Of a DNA stretch of 64,000 bases, positions 40,847 to 54,030 are shown piece by piece. The stretch's first letter is position 1, and every line of letters starts with the position of its first letter. Origin of the DNA: Eledone cirrhosa (taxonomy: Eukaryota); assembly GCA_964016885.1 (NCBI GenBank), contig OZ024743.1, positions 95,170,001-95,234,000 on the forward strand, written 5' to 3'. A program made the translations under genes and the position numbers. The notes beneath the pieces were generated by a model that was not told where the DNA came from, searched no databases, and was given only the letters and a program-made list of their open reading frames with translations.

Positions 40847-41035
40847 GAGGTGGATTGGCAGTATCGGTGGAGGGTCGGACGCCATGCTTTCCAGCATAGT
40901 TACGTCCCCTTACGATCTGAGTTCAAATCCCGCCGAGGTTGACTTTGCCTTTCATCCTTACGGGGTCGATAAAATAAAGTACCAGTAATGCACTGGGTAA
41001 TTGCTGGCCTTGTGCCTAAAGTAGAAACAATTATT
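40847..41035 (+). mobile_element. OK-like SINE with 19-bp target-site duplication
   Basis: attatttattctttatata at 40828-40846 and 41030-41048. Confidence 0.9.
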
Positions 41036-41039
41036 TATT

Positions 41040-41074
<35 letters not shown>

Positions 41075-41167
41075 TTTACATATATATATACATATATATA
41101 CATATACGTGTTTTGCAACTGGTCACTTTGTGGCTCAATGAAAAATTAATAAATTAAATAATCAGAG

Positions 41168-41685
41168 CTATATATCATAAAACATGTCTATAGAATCACA
41201 AGATAAAATATATACTATTTCCTCTCCCAATTAGCATAATTAACTATATAAAAAATCGAATAGACCAGGCTATAAGAATGAGGCTTCTATGAAGAAATCT
41301 CCGACAAATAACCAAAACTAGCCCTTCGCGTCGGCCGTAGCGGAATATTTATCGAATATTTCGACAGCGTAATCGCCCAGATACAGTCAACTAAACAGAA
41401 TTAGGTGTAAAAAAACTAGGAGAAAATGTATTCTATTTTCTCCTAGTTTATTTTACACCTATTTCTGTTTAGTTGACTGTATCTGGGCGATTACGCTGTC
41501 GAAATATTCGATAAATATTCCGCTACGGCCGACGCGAAGGGCTAGTTTTGGTTATTTGTCGGAGATTTCTTCATAGAAGCCTCATTCTTATAGCCTGGTC
41601 TATTCGATTTTTTATATAGTTAATTATTCTAATTGGCAGAGGAAATAGTATATATTTTATCTTGTGATTCTATAGACATGTTTTA

Positions 41686-41693
<8 letters not shown>
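41168..41693. repeat. Long palindrome (~260-bp arms, few-base spacer) ending in (TA)n
   Basis: 41168-41428 is the reverse complement of ~41435-41693 with a few mismatches. Confidence 0.9.
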
Positions 41694-41762
<69 letters not shown>

Positions 41763-42038
41763 AACAAAAGATGGTTAAAAGAGTTCCATGTATTTTATTA
41801 TGCACATTTCAAAAACAAATATCATCATGCAATAATATTTGTGTTTTCATCAGATAAAACAGGAAGACATGATATGAAGGTTAAAAATCACTTGTGGATA
41901 GTGCAGTTTTAAATCAACATATATACATTGTTCTTATATATTCTTATATATTATGTATACTCCAGTCCTACAAACTGTAGAGTGCTTCTTTTCCGATATC
42001 TGCATTGCTTTATTGTACTACAATAAAACTCACCTCCT

Positions 42039-42070
<32 letters not shown>

Positions 42071-42073
<3 letters not shown>

Positions 42074-42270
42074 AAAAAGTATGACCCCGATGGCAGAGCT
42101 CAAGCCATTTCGACGGCTATTTCTAGAATGAGTCCAGAAATAGCCTTCGAAACGGCTTGAGCTCTGCCGTCGGGGTCATACTTTTTTCTATTTCCCACTC
42201 TACTACCCTAAGTATTGAGTACTCTGGTGCGTTATGGTCCATCTGGTTCCTTACCACATTTCTTTTGTTA
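42071..42270. mobile_element. Family A fold-back copy
   Basis: Short arm 42071-42123, turn at ttctagaa, long arm to (TA)n. Confidence 0.75.
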
Positions 42271-42277
42271 TATATAT

Positions 42278-42370
<93 letters not shown>

Positions 42371-42519
42371 ATAGAGGTTTATATGAAAACATATTTGTTG
42401 TTTACGTACAATAACCACACGAGAGAACATTTGTTTTTCGGTATGAACATTTTAAAAACTCATTTTGTGTTCGGAACAAAAACAAAACTCCATACCAAAA
42501 AGTGTTCTCCCGGAGAAGG

Positions 42520-42778
42520 TTTCCTGTGAAAGACCAGCGGTCACCCATGCTTATTGATCTCCTCTCTCCATGACACAGATGTTGTCCAAGGGAAAGGGAA
42601 AGGCCGATACAGCTTGGCACCAGTGACGGCGCAACCTATTTCTACAACTGAGTAACCTGGAGCAACGTGAAATAAAGTGTTTTGCTCAAGGACACAATGC
42701 ACCACCAGGTTCGAGATTCGAACTCACAATCTTACGATTGTAAACTCAATGGTCTAACCACTAAGCCATGCTCCTTCA
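42520..42778 (-). mobile_element. OR-like SINE
   Basis: Reverse complement of the 35995 family. Confidence 0.7.
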
Positions 42779-43207
42779 TCCTATTATGGACCGCCAGTAT
42801 AAATAAATATATTAACATATATGAGCGACCATTGGTTTCGGGATCCCATTATGACCACCACTGTATAGTGAAGGAGACACTTCCAGCCTGGCTCCTCATC
42901 GGGCACGAAGCCAAATATATGAAACCAATGGTCGCACACACATATAAAGTTAAGTGTATGAATCTTTATACTAAATAAGCTCTCTTGCAATAGATCGAGC
43001 ATTGTTTTTTCTCAAAAAATTATCCCTGAAAAGTTTTTAAAGTTGTGGGAAATTATTTTAAAGATTTTTATACCATTTGACGAGCTCATGTTAGTGGAAT
43101 GAGTAGGAAGAAATCTTCCTAGCCCTCAACCTCAGCGAATTATGTCTCATAGAGATGAAAGTAAACCTGAATACAACTGTATATGGGCTTTGATCTATTT
43201 AATACTC

Positions 43208-43334
<127 letters not shown>

Positions 43335-43435
43335 TATTAAAATTTCCGTTGAAGACAGAAAAGGTCATAGAAGTGAAGAGTGCTCTATGTAAGTATCAGA
43401 GCAAAATTTAATGTATAAAAATCAATACAATATAA

Positions 43436-43511
43436 TTACCTCATTACCAGAGGTTTCCCGAATGAGGTGAATACGAAAGAAACGTCTTCATTCGTTCGTC
43501 AGACGAGGCAA
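43436..43511 (-). ncRNA. Type I hammerhead ribozyme (best-formed in window)
   Basis: Stem I ttgcctcgt/atgaggtaa (9 bp incl. G-U), CTGACGA, stem II cgaatga../..tcattcg, GAAA, stem III cc-tct-gg, GUA cleavage triplet. Confidence 0.8.
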
Positions 43512-44641
43512 TATAAAACATCGGTAAATACTTGGAAAGTCTCATCAAGAGAAGCAAAAAAACAAAAAAGATATAGACAAATGAATTAGAATATGAAATA
43601 TATAATAATTTTTCAAGAAATATAGTTAGGTGTGTGTATATGTATGTATATACGCTCACAGATGTGCATATATGTGTATGCACATATGTATACGTATAGT
43701 GAAAAAGTGTGCGTAAATATATAATTTAGGGCAAATGTATCTGTATGTCTGTAATCTACAGACAGAATAGATACATCATAAGAATATGAAGGCACGCGCA
43801 TAAGCACACCTACACACACGTACACTTAGATGCGGAAGTAAAAGAGGTAAGGGAGTGTAATAATTAAAGGAAAGTATCAATCTCGATATATTTATAAAAA
43901 TGGAACAATAATTTAGAAAGAAAAAATTAAAGAAAAGAAGACAAAAAAGTACATACATACACACACACGTATATCTCACAAAAGAAACGCAAAAATATAC
44001 ATGCTTATATACACACGCACACTTACACATCCATACGTTCGATACGTACATACACACACACACACACACATACTTACACTCACGCATATTGACCTGTTTG
44101 CATGCACACGCATAAAAATGAGTAAGTAAAAAAAGGGGGAGAAGAAAAAAGGAACAAAACATAAAACCTAGATGTAAAAACACGGATATAAAGACACATA
44201 CACATACGCATACATATATATATATACACGCACGCGCGCGCACATACGTAGTCGCTCATGTGCATATATAGAAAGTATACACACATTAAGGCGTTCAGCC
44301 ACATTGATACAGGGTGTAAAAAACTTGTGGATAAGTAAGTACAAATATAAAATTGTAAGATTGGCTGCGCAAAAATAAAAAAATAAAAATAAAAATAAAA
44401 ATATATCTGGAGTGGAAAACACAAATGGCAAGTATAATCAGTTAGTGAAGGAAATAGGGAAGTAAAAAATGGAAATTGAAAATATTAGGTAAGTGAATCG
44501 GAGAATAAAGGGGGGGGGGGGGGGGGTTATTGGTGGATGTGAAGTAAAAATTAAAAAATAAATAAAAATAAATGAAATTAATGATAAGGATAAAAATGAA
44601 AGTAAATCAGAAAGGGTAATTAAAAAGAGAATAATAAGAGT

Positions 44642-45088
44642 TTATGGAGGATAAGTATCTGAAAGTGTGTTAAGTTTATATGAGCTGGAAAGCAGGTGTG
44701 ATTTCATATGTGGACAACTGGTGAACATTTCCGTCTTTGTGTTCAGGCAGGTCTTTGGTGATTTTAGATTTTGCAATATCCAACATTTTTCATTTATTCA
44801 GAGCGTGCATTTTCTTGTTCCTCTAGCATATTCTTTAGATTGGTTCAAAATTGACCAATCTAATTTATATTGGATGCCTTGGTCTTTCAAATCCCAAATT
44901 CTGCTAGCCAGAGCTGTTGTAAATCTTTTTTCTGGATGTCGAAAGGATGCGACATGTGAGTAATAACGCGTTTTGAATTTGTCTTGCGTCATACCCACAT
45001 ATCGTTCACTGGTGGCTGGATGGTTGTTGCTGATGGTTGTCACTTTAGCCGCATATACAATGGCTTTGGTGTTGCATTTACCTTGTAA
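44642..45088 (-). pseudogene. GIY-YIG endonuclease domain with one in-frame TGA at a conserved Cys
   Basis: LQGKCNTKAIVYAAKV..RYVGMTQDKFKTRYYSH..TALASRIWDLK..WSIL..KCTL*INEKCWIL..LNTKTEMFTSCPH..TAA. Confidence 0.85.
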
Positions 45089-45157
45089 TATATATATATA
45101 TATATAAACTCTTGCCTTTCTTGAGGAGATTTTTCAAATATTTCACTATATTTTAAA

Positions 45158-45230
45158 TTGCCTTGTCCGATGAACGAATGAGGACGTTTTTCGTATTCGT
45201 CTTATTCGGGAAACCTCTGTAATGAGGTAA
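45158..45230 (+). ncRNA. Hammerhead motif in inverted pLTR
   Basis: ttgccttgt-CCGATGA-acgaatgaggacg..cgtcttattcgg-GAAA-cctctg-TA-atgaggtaa. Confidence 0.65.
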
Positions 45231-45663
45231 TTATATTGTATTGTTTATTATACATTATATATATATATATATACATTTGTAATAGTGTCGTAATAGTCTT
45301 AATAGTGTGCGTGAACGTGTTTTAATTAAAAATTAGGTGAGTCCAACAAAAAGGGTTTTCCTTGATTCCAGAACATGTCAGCATCTACAGAACTACTACT
45401 CCCTAAATATTGTGTCAGTGTGTACATGTCTGTATGGGTAAGCCATCTACAGAACAATTATATTACCTGTCCCTAATTACTGTGTCAGTATGTACATGTC
45501 TGTACGGGTAAGCTTAGTTGCGGCTCATTCACCTCCCATGCCTGAATTGTTCTTTGGAGAATCAATTTATCTGTTTATCTACGTATTTATACTTTATTCT
45601 TAATCTTATATTATCACCCACGCCACAATTGTCACTTCTTAAATCTAAAATCTATCAATATAT

Positions 45664-46112
45664 CTTCTTCTTCTTCTTCTTCTTCTTCTTCTTCTTCTTC
45701 TTCTTCTTCTTCTTCTTCTTCTTCTTCTTCTTCTTCTTCTTCTTCTTCTTCTTCTTCTTCTTCTTCTTCTTCTTCTTCTTCTTCTTCTTCTTCTTCTTCT
45801 TCTTCTTCTTCTTCTTCTTCTTCTTCTTCTTCTTCTTCTTCTTCTTCTTCTTCTTCTTCTTCTTCTTCTTCTTCTTCTTCTTCTTCTTCTTCTCCTCCTC
45901 CTCCCCCCTCCTGCTTCTTCGCCCACTTATTCCTGAGAAGGCCGTGGCGGCAAAGTCCTCAAGTGCACCTTCAAGTGAGTCCTGTCAGAAGCAACCGTCC
46001 CCAAGCGAGACCACAAATTCATGGATATTATCCAACCATCTTGCTCGGGGTCTGCCTCTGGGCTTCCTGTCGGCTGGTTTTCCCCGTAAAATCTGTCCAG
46101 CTATTTTTACCT
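45664..46112 (-). mobile_element. RTE LINE 3' fragment with long (GAA)n tail
   Basis: Minus strand KIAGQILRGKPADRKPRGRPRARWLDNI (RTE C-terminal G.RPRGRP..RW.D motif); (TTC)n at 45664-45892. Confidence 0.7.
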
Positions 46113-47621
46113 GAGACATTCTAACCAAATACCCACTTAAATAAGATTAAGATTAAAACTCCTACAGGAAAACTCTTTGTACCAGAGATCTTTTAACGAG
46201 AATTTTTGTCAATACAGGGTCAGAAGCATGGTACAATTACAAGATAAATTAGTACTAAATACCTAATTCCATCAACAGGTAAAAACCTTTCGTTCGGGCA
46301 GATATTTCAACTGGGATCTGATTCCACACAGTATCAGAGAATTGATGCAGTGTAATTAATTTTTCTTCCTACAAACTTAACCAGCTACAAAATACAACAA
46401 CCCTAAACTAGCCAAAATACACCACACAAAATACAAATTAAATTAAAACAAATATCAGGAAAACAATTCATAATTTCATTTGTATTTTCACTCTTTTATC
46501 GTATATCTATCATTGTTTCCCTACTTCACATGTCACTGTCCTAAACATTCCTCTATAAAGAGATATATAACGTGTAGTACTATCATAGTTCTGAAGTCCC
46601 TAATGTGTTCTCGAACAAAACAGGACACATTTTGGAGGGCTCTTTTAATAAAACTAATACACTTCCACACATACACACTCATATACACATATATACACCC
46701 CCCTCCCATTTACATATATATATGTATATATATATATATGTGTGTGTGTGTATATATATATATATATACTACCAAAATTAGATTAAAGATGCCATCTCTG
46801 AGGAGAATATCAGAAGCATGCGCCATGTCACCCGTGGAATAAGCTCAAACATTCCAACTAATAACATCTTCTCCTTTGGCGATGATCCCAGATTTGACAT
46901 CTATGATTCATTGATTAATGGTGAAATATATTTCTTCAATTCCTCTTTAAACCTTTTTATAGCTAAAACTGTAATATTTGACGGTGAATTTTTTCCTGTG
47001 ATTTTATTTTCGGTCCATAAAATCCACAAAGGCTGATCGCTTAGTGGTTAGCGTGTTCCGGTCTGGATCATAAGGTTGGGAGTTCATTTCCCAGTATTTA
47101 ACGTTATTTAACGTTACTCCAATTGCAAAAATGAGTTGTGCCCCTTCTTCAAAGGACCATCCCTGTCACACTGTGTCACAGGGACCATCCCTGTCACACA
47201 CACTGTCAACTGAATCTCTCTGAAGTTTGCGTTAATGGTACACGTGTTTGTGGATTACTCAGCCACTTACATGTTAATTTCTCCAGTAGGTCGAACAACT
47301 GGTACACTCATCGCCAGAACCGACTGAGGTTCAACAGACACACAAATGCGATCGGACGTAAAATATTTGAATTATTGGGAATTATATGTTGTTAGCTAGA
47401 TTAACATTACAAGGCAATGTTTCACGACTTTTCCCCATATTGATTACCTGCCATATACAATGATTGAGAAAGGTCCAGATCTATCTGCTTTGGTGATATT
47501 TCTCCACGTGGAAGTGAATCAACAATCCTGTAATATAGCACTCATCATTTACTCCACATACACTACATTACAATTGCCATGCAAAAGTACAGGAGCATAC
47601 ACACACACACACAACCCTCCG

Positions 47622-47720
<99 letters not shown>

Positions 47721-48002
47721 GTTAAAATGGTAGTTGATACGTTAGCAGAGTTTTCGGCATTTTTATTATATATAGAAATGACATCTACAGAACTAGAACT
47801 GTTTCATTCATATGAAGTCATCAGGAATGTCCTGATCCCAAGTTGTATCAGCTTGGTCAACATCGGTGGTGTAGAGAGGGGAGACAGGTAGAGAGGGGAG
47901 ACTACTGGTTTTCCATAAACACCCTTTCACAAACTCGTGCCTCAGAAGGGAACTTTCTAGGTACACATTCCATGGTCATTCGTGATCGAAGGAGTCTTTA
48001 AC

Positions 48003-48062
<60 letters not shown>

Positions 48063-48069
<7 letters not shown>

Positions 48070-48492
48070 TAAAAAGGAAAAGAAAATGGTGACAGATTTT
48101 TCCAGTGAAAAATAGTTTAATTAGGAATAAGTATAAATTAGTAATAAGTAATGGTTAGTATTCAGTGTTAGTTTTAAGTTTTTTACCGGTTGCGAATTTC
48201 AAATGCTTTTCAAAAATAATTTTGAGATAGAGCGTTCTTGATTTGGTTGGTTATTGAATGTAATGTGAATAAGCACTATAATTTTGATTGGTCGGTAGAT
48301 GTCACGTGAATGTTCAATAATAAAAGAGGTGAAATGATGTATAGTATTGTCATAACACCAAGGTGTTAAAAAACTTAAAACTAACATTGAATACTAACCA
48401 TTATTTATTACTAATTTATACTTATTCCTAATTAAACTATTTTTCACTGGAAAAAATCTGTCAGCATTTTTTTTTCCATTTCACTAATATAT
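48063..48492. mobile_element. MITE-like element with ~125-bp inverted repeats in (TA)n
   Basis: 48063-48186 is the reverse complement of ~48365-48492. Confidence 0.65.
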
Positions 48493-48609
48493 CACAACTC
48501 GTGTGTCACACCTCTATATATAAAATAGGTGTGACACACACGCACACACACAGACACACACACACACACGCACACACACACACACACACCCACCCACCCA
48601 CACACACAA

Positions 48610-48648
<39 letters not shown>

Positions 48649-49332
48649 CACGGTGCGGACGATATTTGTTCGCAATTTTCAACTGCTAATTTTATGCAAA
48701 TGGTTTTTACTTCCGTTGTCACTCTTGTCTTCATAAAAACACTGACTATATTTCTATTATTTATTTTCAGAATAATTGATTATGAATAATTTTGTCCCTC
48801 CAAATTTGTGGAAGAGACACGGAGTTCTTGGAATCCGTGCCAGTAGGACAAATAAGACCAGAAGATCAACTCCCAGAAGAACAGGTGGCTCGCTGTCTCA
48901 TCCAAAGATGTGCCCAGAGTCATGCAGACAAAGTTTCCAGAGACAACATTGGTCTTAGGTGTTGTCAGCAGTCAAGGTGACGTCATGCCGCCTCACTTCT
49001 TCCCTGAGGACCTCAAGCTGAACACCGATGGCTACATCCGCGTTCTGAGCGAGGTAGTAAAGCCCTGGATCGACCAGGCAGCTGCAGGTAGGCCGTACGT
49101 GTGGCAGCAAGAGTCAGCGCCCTGCCATACCAGCCGAAAGGCCCAAGCCTGGCTGCCAGAGAACTTCGTCGACCACACTTCACCTGACATCTGGCCTCCC
49201 AGCTCGCCTGACTGCAAGCCCCTCGACTTCTTTGTGTGGAGCGCAGTGGAACGAGACACCAACAGATCTAGCTGAAATACGAAAGATGATCTGAAGGCCA
49301 GGATCACAAGTGCCTTTATCGTCCTCACCCTG
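48649..49332 (+). mobile_element. Internally deleted Tc1/mariner DD37D (maT) transposon
   Basis: TIRs cacggtgcggacgata / tatcgtcctcaccctg, TA flanks; ORF 48910-49275 has QQ(E)SAPCH..WPPSSPDCKPLD with 37 residues between the last two catalytic positions. Confidence 0.85.
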
Positions 49333-49362
49333 TATAAATATATATATATATATATATATATA

Positions 49363-51030
49363 ATGAAAAATTGAACGGGAACAAAACAGAGAGGCAGTAC
49401 AACAAATGTTTATTAATTTCACGCTCTTGAGAGTGGGGTGGTGGTGGGGAACGACGTTTCGGGCATAAGCCCTTCTTCAGGTGAAAAGTGTGTGGGAAGA
49501 GAGTTCAAAGGGTGTGTAGGGGAGTGGTGGAGAGACATATAGCAAAAAGGGGGTGAGAGGAAACGGTGCAAATGAAATTAAAAATAAAGGCATGATCAAA
49601 ATAAAATTAAAATGGGGTAAAACAGATGGTGGAAGGGTGCGGGGCGTGTATGGGTGGTGGCGGGTGGAATGGGGAGAGGGAGACGGGGTGTCCAAGCGGG
49701 GAGGGCTGAAGGTGGTGTGTGTGTGTAGGTGTACGTGTGTGTGTGTGTGTGTGTGTATGTGAAAGCAAGGTTTGGGGGAAGAACGGGGTTGCATGTTCAG
49801 GAAGAGGTGTGTGTAGGGTGGGGTGTAGGTCGGAGTGTGTGTGCATGTGTGGATAGAGGGGTGGGGGGAGAGGAATCCGGAGGCTGAATGTGTAAATATG
49901 TGGTGGTACGCACGTGTGTGTGTGGTGTTTAAGCGTGTTGTGGGTGTAGGTGGCGTGTGGGAAAAAAAATTATTTTGGGGTGTGTGTATATATATATACA
50001 TACATATATATATAAAGTCTCTATTATAAATTGTCTACACATGTTGACTACAATATATATTGTTCAATCACATGCAATACTTTATTATTTATTACACTTC
50101 ATCATGAAACTTATATTAGTGGAATTCAACTGTTCACCACGAGGTAGAATTCAGTAATGAGATTTTCGTTTAAGCAAATGTAAATAAGTTTAAAATACCA
50201 TGAAATACAGCCAGTTAGTGTAATAGTATAGAAGAGAGGGAGTGGGGATAAAGAGTTTCACACTATCAATCTGTGTGCAGTGATGTGGAACAATTATTCT
50301 TTGACAATTGTTATAGGTGAAGGTTTTGATGTTTACCATATATAGAGGTAGAGAAGGTATAAGGAGAGGGACAGAGAAAGATAAGGTAGAGATTAAGAGT
50401 AGACTAGAGTGGATAAGAATGGAAGGAATTAAGAAAATTGGATTGTTTTCAATATATTGAATCCATTGGGTGTTAAAAGTTCAAATGCCACAGGAAATGT
50501 ATCAAGTTTAAGTATCTATTATTAAATGTACCAAGTTTAAATACAAGGCATGACCTATCTATTATTTATTTGCTATGTTGTCATTAATTTTCTTTATATA
50601 GTTAGAATAAAATTTGTTATTAGATTTGCAGGAGTGGAAATATTTTTAAGCAGTAGCAGGTGCAGGCAAGCGGTTAGCCTTTTACATAGAGGTTGAATAT
50701 ATAAATATACGAAGCACACGAAATATTACCATGTTTTAATCCAGTTACATAGCATTTGTGTAGATTTGACTTGGCTTCATTCATCTAACTCTGCTTATTG
50801 TTTCAATTTTAAATGAATAAAGATATCTATTCTTAGGATGTTCATTTAATTTAAGGGTTAAAGATGCTCTTTATTCTTTCTCATTTTCCTCACGATATGC
50901 GAGTTATAAGTACTATATATGATAACTAATCATTTTCAATGGTTCTGCATATGCATGTACCATTGTAACCGTATTGAAACGGACGTAGAAATAAAATAAT
51001 GACTAAGTTGTTAACCTTAGTTTGTCATAT
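49363..51030 (-). mobile_element. Degraded Penelope-like element with hammerhead pLTR
   Basis: CTGAAGA-agggc ttat gccc-GAAA-cg-TC at 49453-49480 (-), AATAAA then (TA)n; remnant ELLTPNGFN (GIY-YIG C-terminal P.GLN-like) near 50455-50485. Right boundary uncertain. Confidence 0.55.
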
Positions 51031-51119
51031 ATATCTTTATCCACTGTATATATATATATATATATAAATATTTAAAAAAAAATATATATATATATATACA
51101 GTACTACACTTTATCTCTC

Positions 51120-51201
<82 letters not shown>

Positions 51202-51231
51202 TGTGTGTGTGTAAGTGTGTGTATATACAAG

Positions 51232-51565
51232 GTAAATACCCCTCCCCCGGCTACCAATGACCAGTGGATTTGCCTCTGGAAAGTTCCCTCTCCGAGGCAC
51301 AAGTCGGGCCAATGTTGTTTGTGGAAGACCAACAATCCCCCATATATACCAGCCTCCCCTCTCCACGCCACCGATGTTGTCCAACGGAAAGACTGATACA
51401 ACTTGACACCAGTGACGTCACAACTCATTTCCACAGCTGAGTAAACTGGAGCAATATGAAATAGAGAGTCTTGCTCAAGGACACAACGCATCACCCGGTC
51501 TGTGATTCGTATTCACAATCTCACGATTTGAAGCGCATCGCTCTAACCACTAAGCCATGCGCCTT
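51232..51565 (-). mobile_element. OR-like SINE, full length
   Basis: Head ggcgcatggcttagtggttagagcg; tail ends toward (AC)/(TA) repeats; 3' part also at ~47840-48004. Confidence 0.75.
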
Positions 51566-51566
51566 C

Positions 51567-51634
<68 letters not shown>

Positions 51635-52314
51635 GCAGGCAGACAGACAGACGCACATACACACACACAGACACACACGCACATAGAGACAGACAGACAC
51701 ACAGACATACGCGCACACACACAGCCAGACAGACGTGCACACACACACATATATACATATTCTCACACATATATATTATCTATGTTTATTTATTGGTCTT
51801 CCTTTTAAATTCTATGTTTTTATTTATCCACATACGCTCTACAGTGCAATTGTGCTTTCACCATACCTTTCATACTGAACACCTTGTAAAATTATGATTC
51901 ATTTCTCTGTTGGGTTTCCTGCTGAAGGTGACAGAGGAAGGTTAGATATACACAAACTTCTGAAGGAACCCAGTCCACAAACATTAATAAAACATTTATA
52001 GCGCTATAAACGTTTGTGGAGCTAAATATAGGAGATTAATCGTAGCGAAAATAACTGTAGCTACATAACATATAAGGTTGCTAATTTTATGCAATTCAAT
52101 AATATGTTATGTGGTTATGGCGCGTGTCATTGCAAACTGAGATCTCTCTTCTCAGATTTTACATGTTTTATATATATTCAGATATATATGTATATATTCA
52201 TAAACAGACACAACTATATGTGAGTGTTTGTGTGTATGTATGTATGTATGTATGTATGTATGTATGTATGTATGTATGTATGTATGTATGTATGTATGTA
52301 TGTATGCATGTACG

Positions 52315-52348
<34 letters not shown>

Positions 52349-52351
52349 TGT

Positions 52352-53483
52352 ATGATGTTGACTTGTTCTTCTTTTTGGTAAATATCATCTTGGTTAAGAG
52401 AGTGGGACTGGCTTTGTGCAGTGCCTTTGCTCACTATAAAAGCTTCACGGCACAGGCATTGCTTTATATCTGGAGATCTCTCTGCACTTATCTTCACATG
52501 GTACCATGGGCCCAGCACTATGTGGCAATAATTGTCACAAGTGTAGTAGGGTTCTCCTACATGGATATAAAGTAGTGGCCGTACTCGAAAACGAGTTGGC
52601 AGCCACCATGTATGTATGTATGTATGTATGTATGTATGTATGTATGTATGTATGTATGTATGTGTGTATGTCAGGTCACCAGTTGGTGCTACTGGTAACA
52701 TGTATCCCAGTACAACCTGTCTCATGGTCGGGTCGTTGGCGACTAAACTGGCAACCCCACCAAGGTTTCTTGGTGAGGAGGGTGACTTTGGACATCCTGC
52801 AGGACTAAAAACAAAACCTGTCAAAGGGCAAGGGAGCTCTTAAGACTCAATAGCCATCCAAAATCACCGGGAGAGATGACCCCTTAGCCTTTGTCAAGGC
52901 AGAATTCTAGGAGAAGGAAAACTCTGATATAACACCTGCAACCCTGATGGTATCCAATGATGTTGACTTGTTCTTCTTTTTGGTAAATATCATCTTGGTT
53001 AAGAGAGTGGGACTGGCTTTGTGCAGTGCCTTTGCTCACTATAAAAGCTTCACAGCACAGGCATTGCTTTATATCTGGAGATGTCTCTGCACTTGTCATC
53101 ACATGGTACCATGGGCCCTGCACTATGTGTCAATAATGGTCACAAGTGTAGTCTTTGTACCAGAGTTTTCAAGTCGCTGGCTGGACTAAAAAGTCACATT
53201 CGTTCAGCGCATCGGTAGGGGTTCTCCTACATGGATATAAAGTAGTGGCCGTACTCGAAAACGAGTTGGCAGCCACCATGTGTGTATGTATGTATGTATG
53301 TATGTATGTATGTATGTATGCCTGCATGTATGTATGCATCTATGTATGTATGTATGTATGTATGTATGCATGTATGTATGTATATATGTATGTATGCCTG
53401 TATGTATGCATCTATGTATGTATGTATGTATGTATGTATCTATGTATGTATGTATTGCATGTATCTATGTATGTATGTATGTA
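52352..53483 (+). mobile_element. Non-autonomous RTE-like element in partial tandem with (TATG)n tails
   Basis: 52352-52608 is repeated at 52958-53278; 52670-52950 is RTE 5' UTR-like; (TATG)n at 52234, 52608 and 53285. Confidence 0.6.
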
Positions 53484-53574
53484 TTGGCATCCAAATGAAT
53501 TTATGTACGTAACTATCTTAAGATACAATATGCAAATGGTAGACAGAAGCAACTAGTTATTCAGCTATATGTAT

Positions 53575-53979
53575 AGGAAAATGTTTAACCCCGACGGCAG
53601 AGCTCAAGCCGTTTCGACGGCTATTTCTGGACCGATAGTATGTTTTCTCATGGTGGGTGTAATGAAACTAGAGCTGGGTAGAGAAGTCGGGATGAGGCGT
53701 GGTAGGGTCGGAAAGTGGTCTACTACAGAGGTAGGAGCTAGATAACGAAGAAAGTGTGGTAAGGAACCAGATGGACCATAACGCAACAGAGTAGTCAATA
53801 CTTAGGGTAGTAGAGTGGGTAATAGGAAAATGTTTAATCCTGGGTCTAGAAATAGCCGTCGAAACTGCTTGAGTTCTGCCGTCAGGGTTAAACATTTTCC
53901 TATTACCCACTCTACTACCCTAAGTATTGGGTACTCTGGTGCGTTATGGTCCATCTGGTTCCTTACCACAGTTCCTTCG

Positions 53980-53981
<2 letters not shown>
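53575..53981. mobile_element. Family A copies including a two-armed palindrome
   Basis: 53743-53843 inverted at ~53882-53981; extra short arm at 53575-53632. Confidence 0.75.

Positions 53982-54021
<40 letters not shown>

Positions 54022-54030
<9 letters not shown>

Larger units (their letters stand above)
43400..45258 (-). mobile_element. 5'-truncated Naiad-type Penelope-like element with inverted 5' pLTR
   Basis: Endonuclease frame 45088-44642; ~1.2-kb 3' UTR; pLTR with hammerhead at 43436-43511 (-); diverged inverted pLTR at ~45110-45258 (+). Confidence 0.9.
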
